Virus record (IMG/VR): IMGVR_UViG_3300038379_000663
Coordinates: 1 to 24,506 of that record
DNA: 24,506 nt
Origin: a virus
Lineage: Duplodnaviria; Caudoviricetes
Direction: 5' to 3' (one strand)
Shown here: piece after piece, positions 8,732-18,135 of the stretch
Layout of the letters: the number at the start of each line of letters is the position of its first letter
Numbering within the stretch: position 1 is the first letter of the stretch
The notes under the pieces: generated by a model
Databases searched by the model: none
What the model was told of the DNA's origin: nothing
The model's input: the letters and a program-made list of their open reading frames with translations, nothing else
Made by a program: the position numbers and the translations under genes

Positions 8732-10144
8732 TCACTGGAACACACCCAAGAGGTCGGTTCCGCCACCACCGCTGGCATTGTCATCCTGATCCAGCCCGAT
8801 GTTCGCCTGATAATCCCCGACGGCCCCGATGTCAGTGAGCGACTGCGGCCACCCGGTGCCAACGAGCGAACTACTCGAGGAGGTCACCGTGAAATCCAGG
8901 TTGGCCGCATCGGTAAAACTCGGCGCGCCTGTCTGCGCATTCGAGGTCGGACAGTTCAGCACGCCAGCGGTGGTATTGCCGTTATAGCCATTGTAGTCAA
9001 ACACGTAGAAATGACCGCTCGCGCAGTTGAACCCGTACTGCCCATTATTCCCGGCGAAACTGTTGATCACGAACTCGTTCGCCGTGATCCCTTCCAAGCC
9101 CGAGTTCGACGCACCCGTGTTGCCGTAGTACACGTTCCCGATGTTGAACACGCCGGCTCCGCCATTCCCCGGCCCGGCGTTCTCGGCGAAGATGCTCCCC
9201 CAGGTCGGTGAGCCGTTGTTGCCGCCCGCACCGAGGCCGCGCCCGCCGTTATTGTGGAAGTTCGAGGCCACCGCCACCGTCCCGTTGTTCGTTTGCGAAG
9301 AACGGTACACACCAGCCGCCGCGTTGCCGTCGAACTCGCATTGATAGAGATAATTGGTCGAGCTATTAGCATACAAGTCATCCAGCCCTTCATTCCCGTG
9401 GTTCGAGCTGCGGACGTTCCAGTACAACACGCCACTGGAATCTCTGATGCCATCATCGGTACAATCATCAACCCAAAAGTTCCTAAATACGTTATAGCTG
9501 CCATCGTGCGACCACGCATTCGCGCTCGCCCCCCCATTACAGTCAAACTTCGGGCGATTACTCCCCGTGGGATTATCCCCGCGCGTGGCATTATAGCCAT
9601 ACCACTTAATCCAGTTGTTGTCCGATCCTGACGTACCCGCGCTAAAAGTTACGGTATACGTCCCGGCCTTCACATAGCAGGTGTTGCCCGCCACAATGTC
9701 GCCGCTCACCTCTTCCGGATCATCGCACGCGCCGCCGATTTTCAGCGTCGCACCGGTGCCGGTCGTCAATCCAGAGGACCGATCCACGATAATCGTGGTG
9801 CTGTTCGTGCGCGACGTGATTTCATAGCGATCGGCGGTAATCGAGGCGGTGCCGCCAGTGATGTAGAGCACGTTCCCAACGACATCGGTGCCGAAGTTGG
9901 CGGTGGCCGAGGTGATCGTCGTCGTACCGTTCGTCACCGCGTCCGTTACGGAATACTGCGCGGCATCCTGCTGCGTCCAGTCTGTACCGGAAGCCCCCGC
10001 CTTGAACCCGCACCCGTTCGTATTTGATCCGCTAGTGCGAACCTCCCACACGATCGCGGAGTTCAGCGCCGCCTGCGCTACTGGACACAAGATCGCCAGC
10101 ATGGTCATCGCGGAAAGCGCCGCACGCCTGAGAGCGCGGATCAT
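8732..10144 (-). CDS. signal-peptide-bearing right-handed beta-helix (pectin-lyase-like) protein
   Basis: Signal peptide MIRALRR-hydrophobic-AQA|A. AGNTCYVKAGTY beta-helix cap, repeated N/G turns (SNHGNEG, GNAAAG, HNNGGRG, NNGQYG) and the tail PSFTDAANLDF. Confidence 0.72.
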   Translation of the reverse strand: MIRALRRAALSAMTMLAILCPVAQAALNSAIVWEVRTSGSNTNGCGFKAGASGTDWTQQDAAQYSVTDAVTNGTTTITSATANFGTDVVGNVLYITGGTASITADRYEITSRTNSTTIIVDRSSGLTTGTGATLKIGGACDDPEEVSGDIVAGNTCYVKAGTYTVTFSAGTSGSDNNWIKWYGYNATRGDNPTGSNRPKFDCNGGASANAWSHDGSYNVFRNFWVDDCTDDGIRDSSGVLYWNVRSSNHGNEGLDDLYANSSTNYLYQCEFDGNAAAGVYRSSQTNNGTVAVASNFHNNGGRGLGAGGNNGSPTWGSIFAENAGPGNGGAGVFNIGNVYYGNTGASNSGLEGITANEFVINSFAGNNGQYGFNCASGHFYVFDYNGYNGNTTAGVLNCPTSNAQTGAPSFTDAANLDFTVTSSSSSLVGTGWPQSLTDIGAVGDYQANIGLDQDDNASGGGGTDLLGVFQ

Positions 10145-10836
10145 GGGATGTCCACCGCGTCCACCGCATCACCCTCAACCGCCAGCGCCTTCCCGTCCAA
10201 CACACCAACGGGTTTCTGTCGGTTCGCATCAACCACCTTGGACGACGCGCCAACCAGCACGCTGTCGTGCAGCTCAATGGCCCCGTTCGCCTTCACCACA
10301 CCGATGCGATCATGCTGCGACGTGTTGCACGCTTCTAGCGTCCAATCATCATATGTCCGCACGTTCACCAGGTTGCACCCGCGAAACGTCAAGTTATGCC
10401 CGACGCCCGCCTCCCGCACGATCGCATCAGTATCCGGCACCAGCTGCGCGAAATTGCACCCAACCCTGTACGGTCGCATCGTCCCATCTGGCTGCTGCAC
10501 CTCGACAATCGCATCACGCTCGATGACTGTGCCGTCCGCGATTCGCACACGATGATAGACGTAATTACTCCACGTCGGACTATACTCAACCGTGCCCCGC
10601 TGTCCGTCATGCGCGTAATCCGCCGGTCGGCTCGTCGCGCTTACGGGCGTGTCGAACTCTCCAACTCGACGTTCGCGCCACCCGCGCGCATTCAGATCGG
10701 CTTCTTCCTTCTCCGTCAACGGCGCCTTGCCTTGCAGGAGGAGGCGCCCACGCTCCTGCCCAAGCTCCTTCGGGCCGGCCCAGGCCGTCCCGCAGACCAA
10801 TGTCAGCAATCCAGCTACTAGCCACGTCGCACGCAT
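10141..10836 (-). CDS. signal-peptide-bearing hypothetical protein (231 aa)
   Basis: Start at ATG 10836 by TGATG overlap. Signal peptide MRATWLVAGLLTLVCGTAWA|G, and a CNF/CNL/CNT ladder suggesting a short beta-solenoid. Confidence 0.7.
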   Translation of the reverse strand: MRATWLVAGLLTLVCGTAWAGPKELGQERGRLLLQGKAPLTEKEEADLNARGWRERRVGEFDTPVSATSRPADYAHDGQRGTVEYSPTWSNYVYHRVRIADGTVIERDAIVEVQQPDGTMRPYRVGCNFAQLVPDTDAIVREAGVGHNLTFRGCNLVNVRTYDDWTLEACNTSQHDRIGVVKANGAIELHDSVLVGASSKVVDANRQKPVGVLDGKALAVEGDAVDAVDIP

Positions 10837-13800
10837 CAGTTCACCTGATCCACCGTGTACGCGAACGTCACGCACGTCCGCGTGTTGGTGCCGCTCACAG
10901 AGGTCGTATGCCAGCCCACCCAATCGTTCGCGTCGATCGAGGCATTGGACAGCGAGCCGTCATCCGCGTCGTTACCGCCGTCCGCTGTGATATCGGACGA
11001 GTCCACCGTCGCGCAGGTCGCCCCTCCGCTGTCGCACTCATCCAGATGTCCGACGACGTTCGTCGCCCCCGTCTGCACCACATTCACCGAGCGAATGGTG
11101 ATCGCCTGTGGCGTTTTCCAGATGGCCCCAAAGTCCCCGGCCGAGGTCGTATTCGTGATGCAGAAGCTGTGCGAGTCATACGCGGGCAGCGCATAGGCCG
11201 CCCCGGCATAGAACCGCAGCATCGCCCCGGCACCCGTTGAGGCATCCACCGCCACCTCTCCATCCGCATCTGTCGTGGGGTTCGTGCCGTTCGGGACTTC
11301 GAACGAGGTTGCCCCGCCCGCATCCATCGCTCCGGCAAGCACGCCCAGCGTGACCGTCCCGGCCGACAGGTTGCTGGCCGCGCCGGTGGTCAAACCGATA
11401 CTCGTCAAGCTGATTCCCGTCACCCCGGTCGAACTAGACACCACTGCCGTATTGGCTGTGTCGTCAAGGTTTATGGTCAAATCTTCGTCACTGCCATCGC
11501 CCAACCCTAACAGGGTGAGCGCCCCGTCTCCGTCCGTCGTCATCCGAACCCCAGCCGAGCCGAGCGTTTCGGTCAGCCCGCCGACCGTGCCGGTGGCCGC
11601 GACGATCCAGTCGTTGACTGGCGCGCCGTCGTCGTCTGTAGTCCCGATCAGGAACCGCGTGTTCGCATCGTTCGTGTCATTCGTGCCCAGCCGCAACAGG
11701 GTCGTATCCGATGCCTGATCCGCATCCGTCGTGAGGATGGTCAGCACGTCCCCGCCATCCTCGGCCGACGTGAGGTCCTGATCGTTGCCAGCGAAGTCCA
11801 CGGTACCCGCACCATCCGCATCCGCGATGGCGTTCCACTTGGTCGTGCCGCCGCTGGATGACGTGCCACAGGACCAGGCGTTCGTCCCCTGGTCATAGTT
11901 CAGATGGTTGCCGCCCGCATCGTCGCAGTCCGGCAGCGCCGCATACTGCAGCGTGTTCGCCGTCGACCCGATCAGCACATCGTCGTCGGCGATCGCATCG
12001 TCCGGGAACAGCACCGACCGATTTGAAGCCAGCGACGCAACCGACGACAGCGCGACGTAGTTCGACCCATTGTCCCCATCCTCTGCCAATCGCACCTCGC
12101 CAGATGAGGTCGTGCCATTTGCCGCGAACACGTGCGCGTTTCCGGTGATGATCGCGCTCGCCGTCACCGCCCCAGCGTTCCACGTCCCGGAGGTGATCGT
12201 GCCGACCGTCGCCAGCGCCGAGGCCGACGTCAGGTTCGCTAGCGTGTCAATCGCCGCCTCGATGTTCGTTTCCGTAGTCGCATCCACCACCAGCCCACCC
12301 GTCGTGGACAGGGTGCCGGTCACACTCAGATCAGGCCGAATCGTCGCAGCCGTCTGCGTAAATAGATAATCCGTCTGCGGCGTCCCATCCACATCCCCAC
12401 GCGCCTGCAGGTAGATCACGTTTACATCGGCGCCGTCATTATGATCGAGCGCCACGAACCCAGTGTCCGCCGCTGTGTCTGCATCGCTATTTAGTATTGT
12501 CCAGACGAACTTGCCGTTGCTGTCTATGCTAGACGTGAAATCCGTCTCGAACCCGGCGAACCCGATCGTCGTATCCGCGTCCGGATCGGCGATGTCATCC
12601 CACGCGGTTGCGCTGCCAGCGGACTGTGTATCATCCTCCCAGGTGATCGTCCCGCCCGTGTTCCACTTCGGCACCTGGCCATTACCCGGCGCATCTGAGG
12701 CCAGCGCCGCCACAACAAATGTTGACGCGGTTCCATCAAAATGCTCCAACGCCCCACGCGACGCGGCCCAGGCGTTATTGTCGGCCGCGAGTTCCCCAAA
12801 AACATCGGTCGTAGGATCAGCGCCGTTCGGCACCTCGAAGGAGGTCTTGCCCCCGAGATCAACTGTGGCGGGTAGCGAGAGGGTCCATGTTCGATTCGCG
12901 GAAAGGTCTTGCGCCCCAGCACTGCTGCTGATCTCATTCGAGGTGCCCGCCACAGTGAGCGTGGTCGCGGCGTTGGCGGCGGTATAGCCGAGGCTCGCTT
13001 GATAACCGGTGCATACTGATCCAGTCGAACAGACCGTGCCGGTTTCAGCCGGAAGGGTCAGGGTCACATCGGCGGTTGAGGCGGGGCCAACCAGCGTTGC
13101 GGCGTTGCTGCCGTTATCGGCGTCCTCCTTGAAGGCGACTGATCCTGCTCCGGTTGCGCCATTATTGACCGAAGGCGTCACGATGGCCGGACTGCTGGCA
13201 AACACCAACGCCCCGCCCGTGCCCGTCTCATCCGAGAGATTGTCTGAAATCCCAATCGAGGTCGTCAGGCTGGTCACCACGCCTGTCGTCGTCGCCACGC
13301 GCATGATGCCAGAAGAGAGCGAGGCAAGGGCTTGCTCGTTTGAGAGCGTGCCATTGGCCGTCTGGGTGATGTAGGTAGCATCCACCGGAGCACCGCTGCT
13401 AGTGCCACAAGCTGCGCCAGCGGTCACTAGATTGCCGTTCGCATCCCACTTGACGCACTCGTCGGTGCTGCCAGCCGTCCCGCGTGTAAACCCTCCAGCA
13501 TTGCCCACTTCATCAGACAACGCCGCCGCCAGCCCGGCCGAATTGGTCAGCTCCTCCTCGAAGTCCGTACAGGATTCCACTGCGCCTGAGGCATCCACCC
13601 CTAACGGCGCCTGCGAAGCAGAGCAATTCGCCCCATTCGCCGCCAACGCCGTTGCGGTACTCGCGTTCCCGGTCACCGGTCCGGCGAACCCGGTGGCCGT
13701 CAACACACCCGTGCTGGCGTTATACGCAAGCCCCCCATCCGTCTTAACCGCGAGCGATCCGGTCGCGCTATCCACCATGATGGGAAATGACGTGCTGTCT

Positions 13801-14228
13801 GTGCTATCCACGACGGTCACCGTGGACGCCACCGTGGCGAGATCAATCGTGATGGTATTGGGAATCTGCCCATCCGTAGCCGCCCCACTCAACTCGGAAA
13901 AGGCCACCTGCCCGCAGGTCAGCGTCCCACTCTGCGAAATGTCCGTCACATACTGCCCAGCCGAACACCCGGACGGATTGGCCGTCAGGATCGACAGCAC
14001 TTGTTTCCACTCCCCCGCCGTGTCACAATCCCCGGCCGAGGGCACACACTGCCACAGGGTCTGCGCGTCCGCCTCATAACACAAATGGGTGAACTTCCCG
14101 TCAGTCAGACTCGTGCAGTCCGTCGCATGCGTCCGATAGGTGTACGCATACGTGGCCGCCTCAACCCGTCCGGCCAGCGTGCACAGGGCAATCCCGATCG
14201 CGGTAAGCCACCCCAGCCTCCGACTCAT
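10836..14228 (-). CDS. large acidic Thr/Ala/Gly/Ser/Asp-rich fibre-like protein with signal peptide (1130 aa)
   Basis: Start at ATG 14228 by ATGA overlap with the portal stop; GGAG RBS. Signal peptide MSRRLGWLTAIGIALCTLAGRVEA|A, duplicated internal modules and locally paired cysteines. Confidence 0.75.
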   Translation of the reverse strand: MSRRLGWLTAIGIALCTLAGRVEAATYAYTYRTHATDCTSLTDGKFTHLCYEADAQTLWQCVPSAGDCDTAGEWKQVLSILTANPSGCSAGQYVTDISQSGTLTCGQVAFSELSGAATDGQIPNTITIDLATVASTVTVVDSTDSTSFPIMVDSATGSLAVKTDGGLAYNASTGVLTATGFAGPVTGNASTATALAANGANCSASQAPLGVDASGAVESCTDFEEELTNSAGLAAALSDEVGNAGGFTRGTAGSTDECVKWDANGNLVTAGAACGTSSGAPVDATYITQTANGTLSNEQALASLSSGIMRVATTTGVVTSLTTSIGISDNLSDETGTGGALVFASSPAIVTPSVNNGATGAGSVAFKEDADNGSNAATLVGPASTADVTLTLPAETGTVCSTGSVCTGYQASLGYTAANAATTLTVAGTSNEISSSAGAQDLSANRTWTLSLPATVDLGGKTSFEVPNGADPTTDVFGELAADNNAWAASRGALEHFDGTASTFVVAALASDAPGNGQVPKWNTGGTITWEDDTQSAGSATAWDDIADPDADTTIGFAGFETDFTSSIDSNGKFVWTILNSDADTAADTGFVALDHNDGADVNVIYLQARGDVDGTPQTDYLFTQTAATIRPDLSVTGTLSTTGGLVVDATTETNIEAAIDTLANLTSASALATVGTITSGTWNAGAVTASAIITGNAHVFAANGTTSSGEVRLAEDGDNGSNYVALSSVASLASNRSVLFPDDAIADDDVLIGSTANTLQYAALPDCDDAGGNHLNYDQGTNAWSCGTSSSGGTTKWNAIADADGAGTVDFAGNDQDLTSAEDGGDVLTILTTDADQASDTTLLRLGTNDTNDANTRFLIGTTDDDGAPVNDWIVAATGTVGGLTETLGSAGVRMTTDGDGALTLLGLGDGSDEDLTINLDDTANTAVVSSSTGVTGISLTSIGLTTGAASNLSAGTVTLGVLAGAMDAGGATSFEVPNGTNPTTDADGEVAVDASTGAGAMLRFYAGAAYALPAYDSHSFCITNTTSAGDFGAIWKTPQAITIRSVNVVQTGATNVVGHLDECDSGGATCATVDSSDITADGGNDADDGSLSNASIDANDWVGWHTTSVSGTNTRTCVTFAYTVDQVN

Positions 14229-16468
14229 ACCACCGCTCCAGCCGGGGTATCGCTGACGATCTGTAGCGCGTGCCGGCAGTTCGTCTTGCACACGGTGTCA
14301 AACCCCGGTCGCGGAGCTTCTGCGATCAACCAGGGATTCCCCTGCATGGCTTGGTCACAGGAATCACATGTCCCCTCATCATCCGCCCCGACGAAGTTGA
14401 CCCGAAGATTGTGCGGCGTTCCGAACGACTTGACCGCATCCTCCTCCACCGCCCAAAACGCCGAGGCATACATCCCGACCCGTTGCTCGAACCCCTGGAG
14501 CGTCTCGGCTAGGGCGGCTTTCACCGCACCCTCCGTCCCGTGCTCCGACGCCGACAACCCGCCGATCGCGGCCACGAGATCCGGCAACAGGCTGTCCTGC
14601 ACGAACCGACGATTCCAACTCAGACTGCGGCTCAGCACCACCTCCGTAGTCGCCTCGCGCAGAGATTCCTTCATGGCGGCTGACAGGTGGGCACGCACAT
14701 ACGTCCGCCCCAGCTCCACCGCTTGGGGAAACCACGTCGTCGCCGCATGCCCCAAATCCTCACCGAGCAACTGCACCGCCTCCGCCAACCCGGTCACATG
14801 CCCACGCTTCGCCCCAGCGGGACCAATCACCGACAACTGACGCTGCACGCGCTCCGCAAACACGCGATACGCCCGTGACAACGCCTTTTTGTACGCCCCC
14901 AACTTATGTTCAACAGTCGCCATCTTGTCCGCGATCTGCACGGCCGCCTGTCGCGTCGGCACAGTCACAGTCTCGACTACCTTCGGCGTCCCGCGCGCTG
15001 CCAGCTCCTGCTCGAACTTCACCTGTGCCTTCGCCTCACGCTGCGCCGTCTCCACCTTAAGCTGTTGCAAATGCGCGTCCACATCATTGATCCCACGCGC
15101 GAGCATGAACTGCCGGGCGGCTTCCTCCTGGTCGATCAACCGCTTATCCACCGCAGTCGACAACGCCGCACTCAACGTCGCGAGATTGTCATCCAGAATC
15201 GCCGGAAAATCTAAATCCACCGTTCGATCCACATCAGTCACAATCTTCCAACGGTTTTCCTTCGGCACAAACTCCACCTCACCCGGCAACTCTCCGGCCA
15301 AAATCGCCAGGTCGATGCGCCGCTGAATAAGACGATCATACACCGCCGTCCAATCCTGCTGCTGCATCCGAAATCGCTTCACCATCGGCAATTCCATCGC
15401 ATCCGCCGTCGCGAGGTTTCCCGTCTCCGGGTTACCGTAATAGTGCTCAAAAATACCAGAAGCCGCCGCCACCATGAGCACCATGTTCCGCAACCCCTTG
15501 TCGTGGATCTGCGCACCGCCCGTCGGTGTATTGACCGGGTCTAAATCGATCAAATCATTCCCGACCCAAATCCCGCCCACGGTCGGCATCGGGTTTGTCC
15601 GCCCCACCGTCGCCTGGTGACGGGCTGCGGCGGCCTGCACCTGCGCCGGTGTCCCCTTAACCTTCTTCTTCCACGACCACTGCGCGAGGTTCTTGATCAA
15701 CGTCGCCATGTCCCCGGCCATGTCCTTATGCGTGCGAATCCAATCCAGCCCACGCAACAACTCCGGGATGCCAAACACATCGTTCGGATCACAATTATAG
15801 CGAAAGTGCAGGATACGCTGCGTCACGAGCTTCTCCGCCGGCCCATCGTACGCCAACTCCGGGGCTGCTAGCTCCATATCCGGATAATAAAGCCACTTAC
15901 GCTCCGTAAACCCGTAGACATCCGACTTGAAATCATACCGCCGCGTCTGTCGGCTGCACTTATAGAACTGACGGCGACTCCGGTCCTGCGGGTCGCAAAT
16001 CACGTCTGCCACCTCCAGCAGGTCCTTAAGCCGCACCTTCAGCATCCCGGTCGCCTCGTCCTCGTGCAGCACGAAGAACAGGTTTCCCTCCGTATGCCGC
16101 TTGGCCGACAACGCCCACTGCGCCTGCGGGGAAGTCAATACCTCCCGATTGTCCGGATCATTCCAAAACTCCTCAATAATGGCCTGCACACGGACATCCT
16201 TCGCCTTCGGCAGACTCACTCCATTGCCGAACACGAACGCAGTGGTCAAATTCACCCACTGGCCGGCGAGCGGGCTCCGAATCCAAAACTGCCGGCACAG
16301 GGTCGCAATCTGCCCCAAGGGCATCGGCAGGTACTTGGTCGAGGACGGACTCCCCTGCGCCACCGAGGTCCAACCCACATCCTCCAGATCGCGCTGCAAC
16401 TGCGTGACCGTCTCGCGCAACTCATCCACAACCCCAGCCTTAGTCAACTCCACCCCGAACACGCGCAT
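14225..16468 (-). CDS. portal protein fused to a MuF/minor-head-like C-terminal domain (747 aa)
   Basis: Follows TerL (TGATG overlap, ATG 16468). Portal-type motifs RSPLAGQWVNL..FVFGNG, EGNLFF, FGIPEL, GIFEHYYG..NLATA and LDFP. C-terminus D.GTCDSC...P....CKTNCRH resembles MuF/SPP1 gp7. Confidence 0.82.
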   Translation of the reverse strand: MRVFGVELTKAGVVDELRETVTQLQRDLEDVGWTSVAQGSPSSTKYLPMPLGQIATLCRQFWIRSPLAGQWVNLTTAFVFGNGVSLPKAKDVRVQAIIEEFWNDPDNREVLTSPQAQWALSAKRHTEGNLFFVLHEDEATGMLKVRLKDLLEVADVICDPQDRSRRQFYKCSRQTRRYDFKSDVYGFTERKWLYYPDMELAAPELAYDGPAEKLVTQRILHFRYNCDPNDVFGIPELLRGLDWIRTHKDMAGDMATLIKNLAQWSWKKKVKGTPAQVQAAAARHQATVGRTNPMPTVGGIWVGNDLIDLDPVNTPTGGAQIHDKGLRNMVLMVAAASGIFEHYYGNPETGNLATADAMELPMVKRFRMQQQDWTAVYDRLIQRRIDLAILAGELPGEVEFVPKENRWKIVTDVDRTVDLDFPAILDDNLATLSAALSTAVDKRLIDQEEAARQFMLARGINDVDAHLQQLKVETAQREAKAQVKFEQELAARGTPKVVETVTVPTRQAAVQIADKMATVEHKLGAYKKALSRAYRVFAERVQRQLSVIGPAGAKRGHVTGLAEAVQLLGEDLGHAATTWFPQAVELGRTYVRAHLSAAMKESLREATTEVVLSRSLSWNRRFVQDSLLPDLVAAIGGLSASEHGTEGAVKAALAETLQGFEQRVGMYASAFWAVEEDAVKSFGTPHNLRVNFVGADDEGTCDSCDQAMQGNPWLIAEAPRPGFDTVCKTNCRHALQIVSDTPAGAVV

Positions 16469-18135
16469 CAGTAATCGCCCCCGATCACCACATCCTCGCT
16501 CGGCATTCCCATGTCCTGATCGTCCACTAGCTCGGTCATCGATACCTCGGTGGCCACCTCCCCATGCTGAAGCGCCCAGCACACCCCGGCCACCGCATCC
16601 GCCAGGTCCTTGCTCCCCTTCGGGGGGTGATCCACCTTCTTCCCGGCCACCAATTCCAGCCGCTCCAACTCGCGCTGCAAACTCGCGTGTGCCGGCAAGG
16701 TCAACCGATCCCCATAAAGCAATTCTTTCATCGTATCATACGGCCCCATCGTCCGGTCCGTTGACTGCTCGACCGCGACAACTCCCTGCTTGGCGAGCAA
16801 CTGAATCGAGTCCGCACTCTGCCATCCGTCGTAACTGACGCTGGCGATGGGAAACCCTGCCGAGGCCAGTCCGAGGATCACTTGCCGTATCCGGTCGAAA
16901 TCGACCTCACGCTCCCCACACGCCACCCCATCGGGAAACCGTGCCACATGACTCTCTGGCACAAATTGCGCCACAGCGTCGATCACGACTCCTTCACCCG
17001 CCCGGTGGCCCACCGCCACCCCGCAGGCATCCCGCGTGCGTCCCAGGTCCACATGGACCGCGTAGAGGGCCTCCTGGGGCTGCCAGGGCGCCCGCACATC
17101 CCGATTCAACCCTCGAAACGCTCGGACGATCGCCTCCCGATCGCGCAGGTACGGTTCTAGCACCAAACTCGGCACCGCCCCGAAATCCCGCCACGCCTTC
17201 TCTGGATTCACATCAAACGCATCCGCCAAATCCATCGGGATGCGCACCGTCTCCCCACTCACCGGATGCGCGGCATACCGGAACGTCTCGGACCGGGACG
17301 GCCGGCTCTCCCACGTTGCCCGTCGACGAGCGAAAATCCCCTCATCCACACTTGCTCGCTGCATCAGCGTCTCCACAAAATCATCCACATACCGTGGCGA
17401 GGAGATGGTGATCAGCAACCCATCCTGCCCGAAGCGGGACCGGATGCGCCGGAGGATCGCATCATGAATATCCTGTGCCCGATCGCTCTCGTCCGTATCC
17501 GTATAAAACGCCGCCTCATCGAGCACCCCGGCAAACACATTGTACCCGAGTGGAAATGTACTACTACTATTCCCTGGGAATACCGTAATCCCCTTCGGAA
17601 ACCGCAACTCAGACTTCACCGACGGTTCCGGTAGCATCCCATGTTCGGCGAACCACGGACACTCATCAATCCGCTGCTTCACATCCCCGAACACCACGCG
17701 ACGGGCCTGCGGCCCGGTGGGACTCATATTCAGCACCACGATCCGTGACCCATTCGCCAACCGGTAAAACGCCTGCGGGTTCCGCAAACACGCCAACCGG
17801 TACACCAGATACGCGATGGCTATGGACGACTTGAACGACTTGCCACTTCCAATTCCCTCGCAGAACACCGCCTCACGATACGGCGCCTCACCCGCTTCAC
17901 GATCGAACAAGGCAATCAGGTCCTCCCGCACACTCGGCCACACTCGCGTCCCCCCCAAGAACCGCGCATCGGACAAAAACGTCCGCATCCCGACCGGCGG
18001 TTCCTCGAACCCCTGCAATTTCGCACGCAGGAGGGGAATCGACTCAGCCGGCAGACGGTCCAGAATGGCTGTTGCCCGCGCCATCCGTTCCGAGGCGGGC
18101 GACGAGCTGCTGTCGCTCATCTTCGCGTAGGACAT
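16468..18135 (-). CDS. terL: terminase large subunit
   Basis: Walker A GIGSGKS, Walker B VLDEAAF, ITISSP coupling motif, and nuclease motifs HVDLG..D, YDGWQS and DHPPKGSKDLADA. Exact start uncertain (18135, 18120 or 18084). Confidence 0.93.
   Translation of the reverse strand: MSYAKMSDSSSSPASERMARATAILDRLPAESIPLLRAKLQGFEEPPVGMRTFLSDARFLGGTRVWPSVREDLIALFDREAGEAPYREAVFCEGIGSGKSFKSSIAIAYLVYRLACLRNPQAFYRLANGSRIVVLNMSPTGPQARRVVFGDVKQRIDECPWFAEHGMLPEPSVKSELRFPKGITVFPGNSSSTFPLGYNVFAGVLDEAAFYTDTDESDRAQDIHDAILRRIRSRFGQDGLLITISSPRYVDDFVETLMQRASVDEGIFARRRATWESRPSRSETFRYAAHPVSGETVRIPMDLADAFDVNPEKAWRDFGAVPSLVLEPYLRDREAIVRAFRGLNRDVRAPWQPQEALYAVHVDLGRTRDACGVAVGHRAGEGVVIDAVAQFVPESHVARFPDGVACGEREVDFDRIRQVILGLASAGFPIASVSYDGWQSADSIQLLAKQGVVAVEQSTDRTMGPYDTMKELLYGDRLTLPAHASLQRELERLELVAGKKVDHPPKGSKDLADAVAGVCWALQHGEVATEVSMTELVDDQDMGMPSEDVVIGGDY

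Noticed and set aside
10836-14228. DGR target or CRISPR-like nucleotide repeats
   Set aside because: Repeats are diverged and protein-level. No adenine-specific TR/VR pair, reverse transcriptase or spaced direct repeats were seen by eye.
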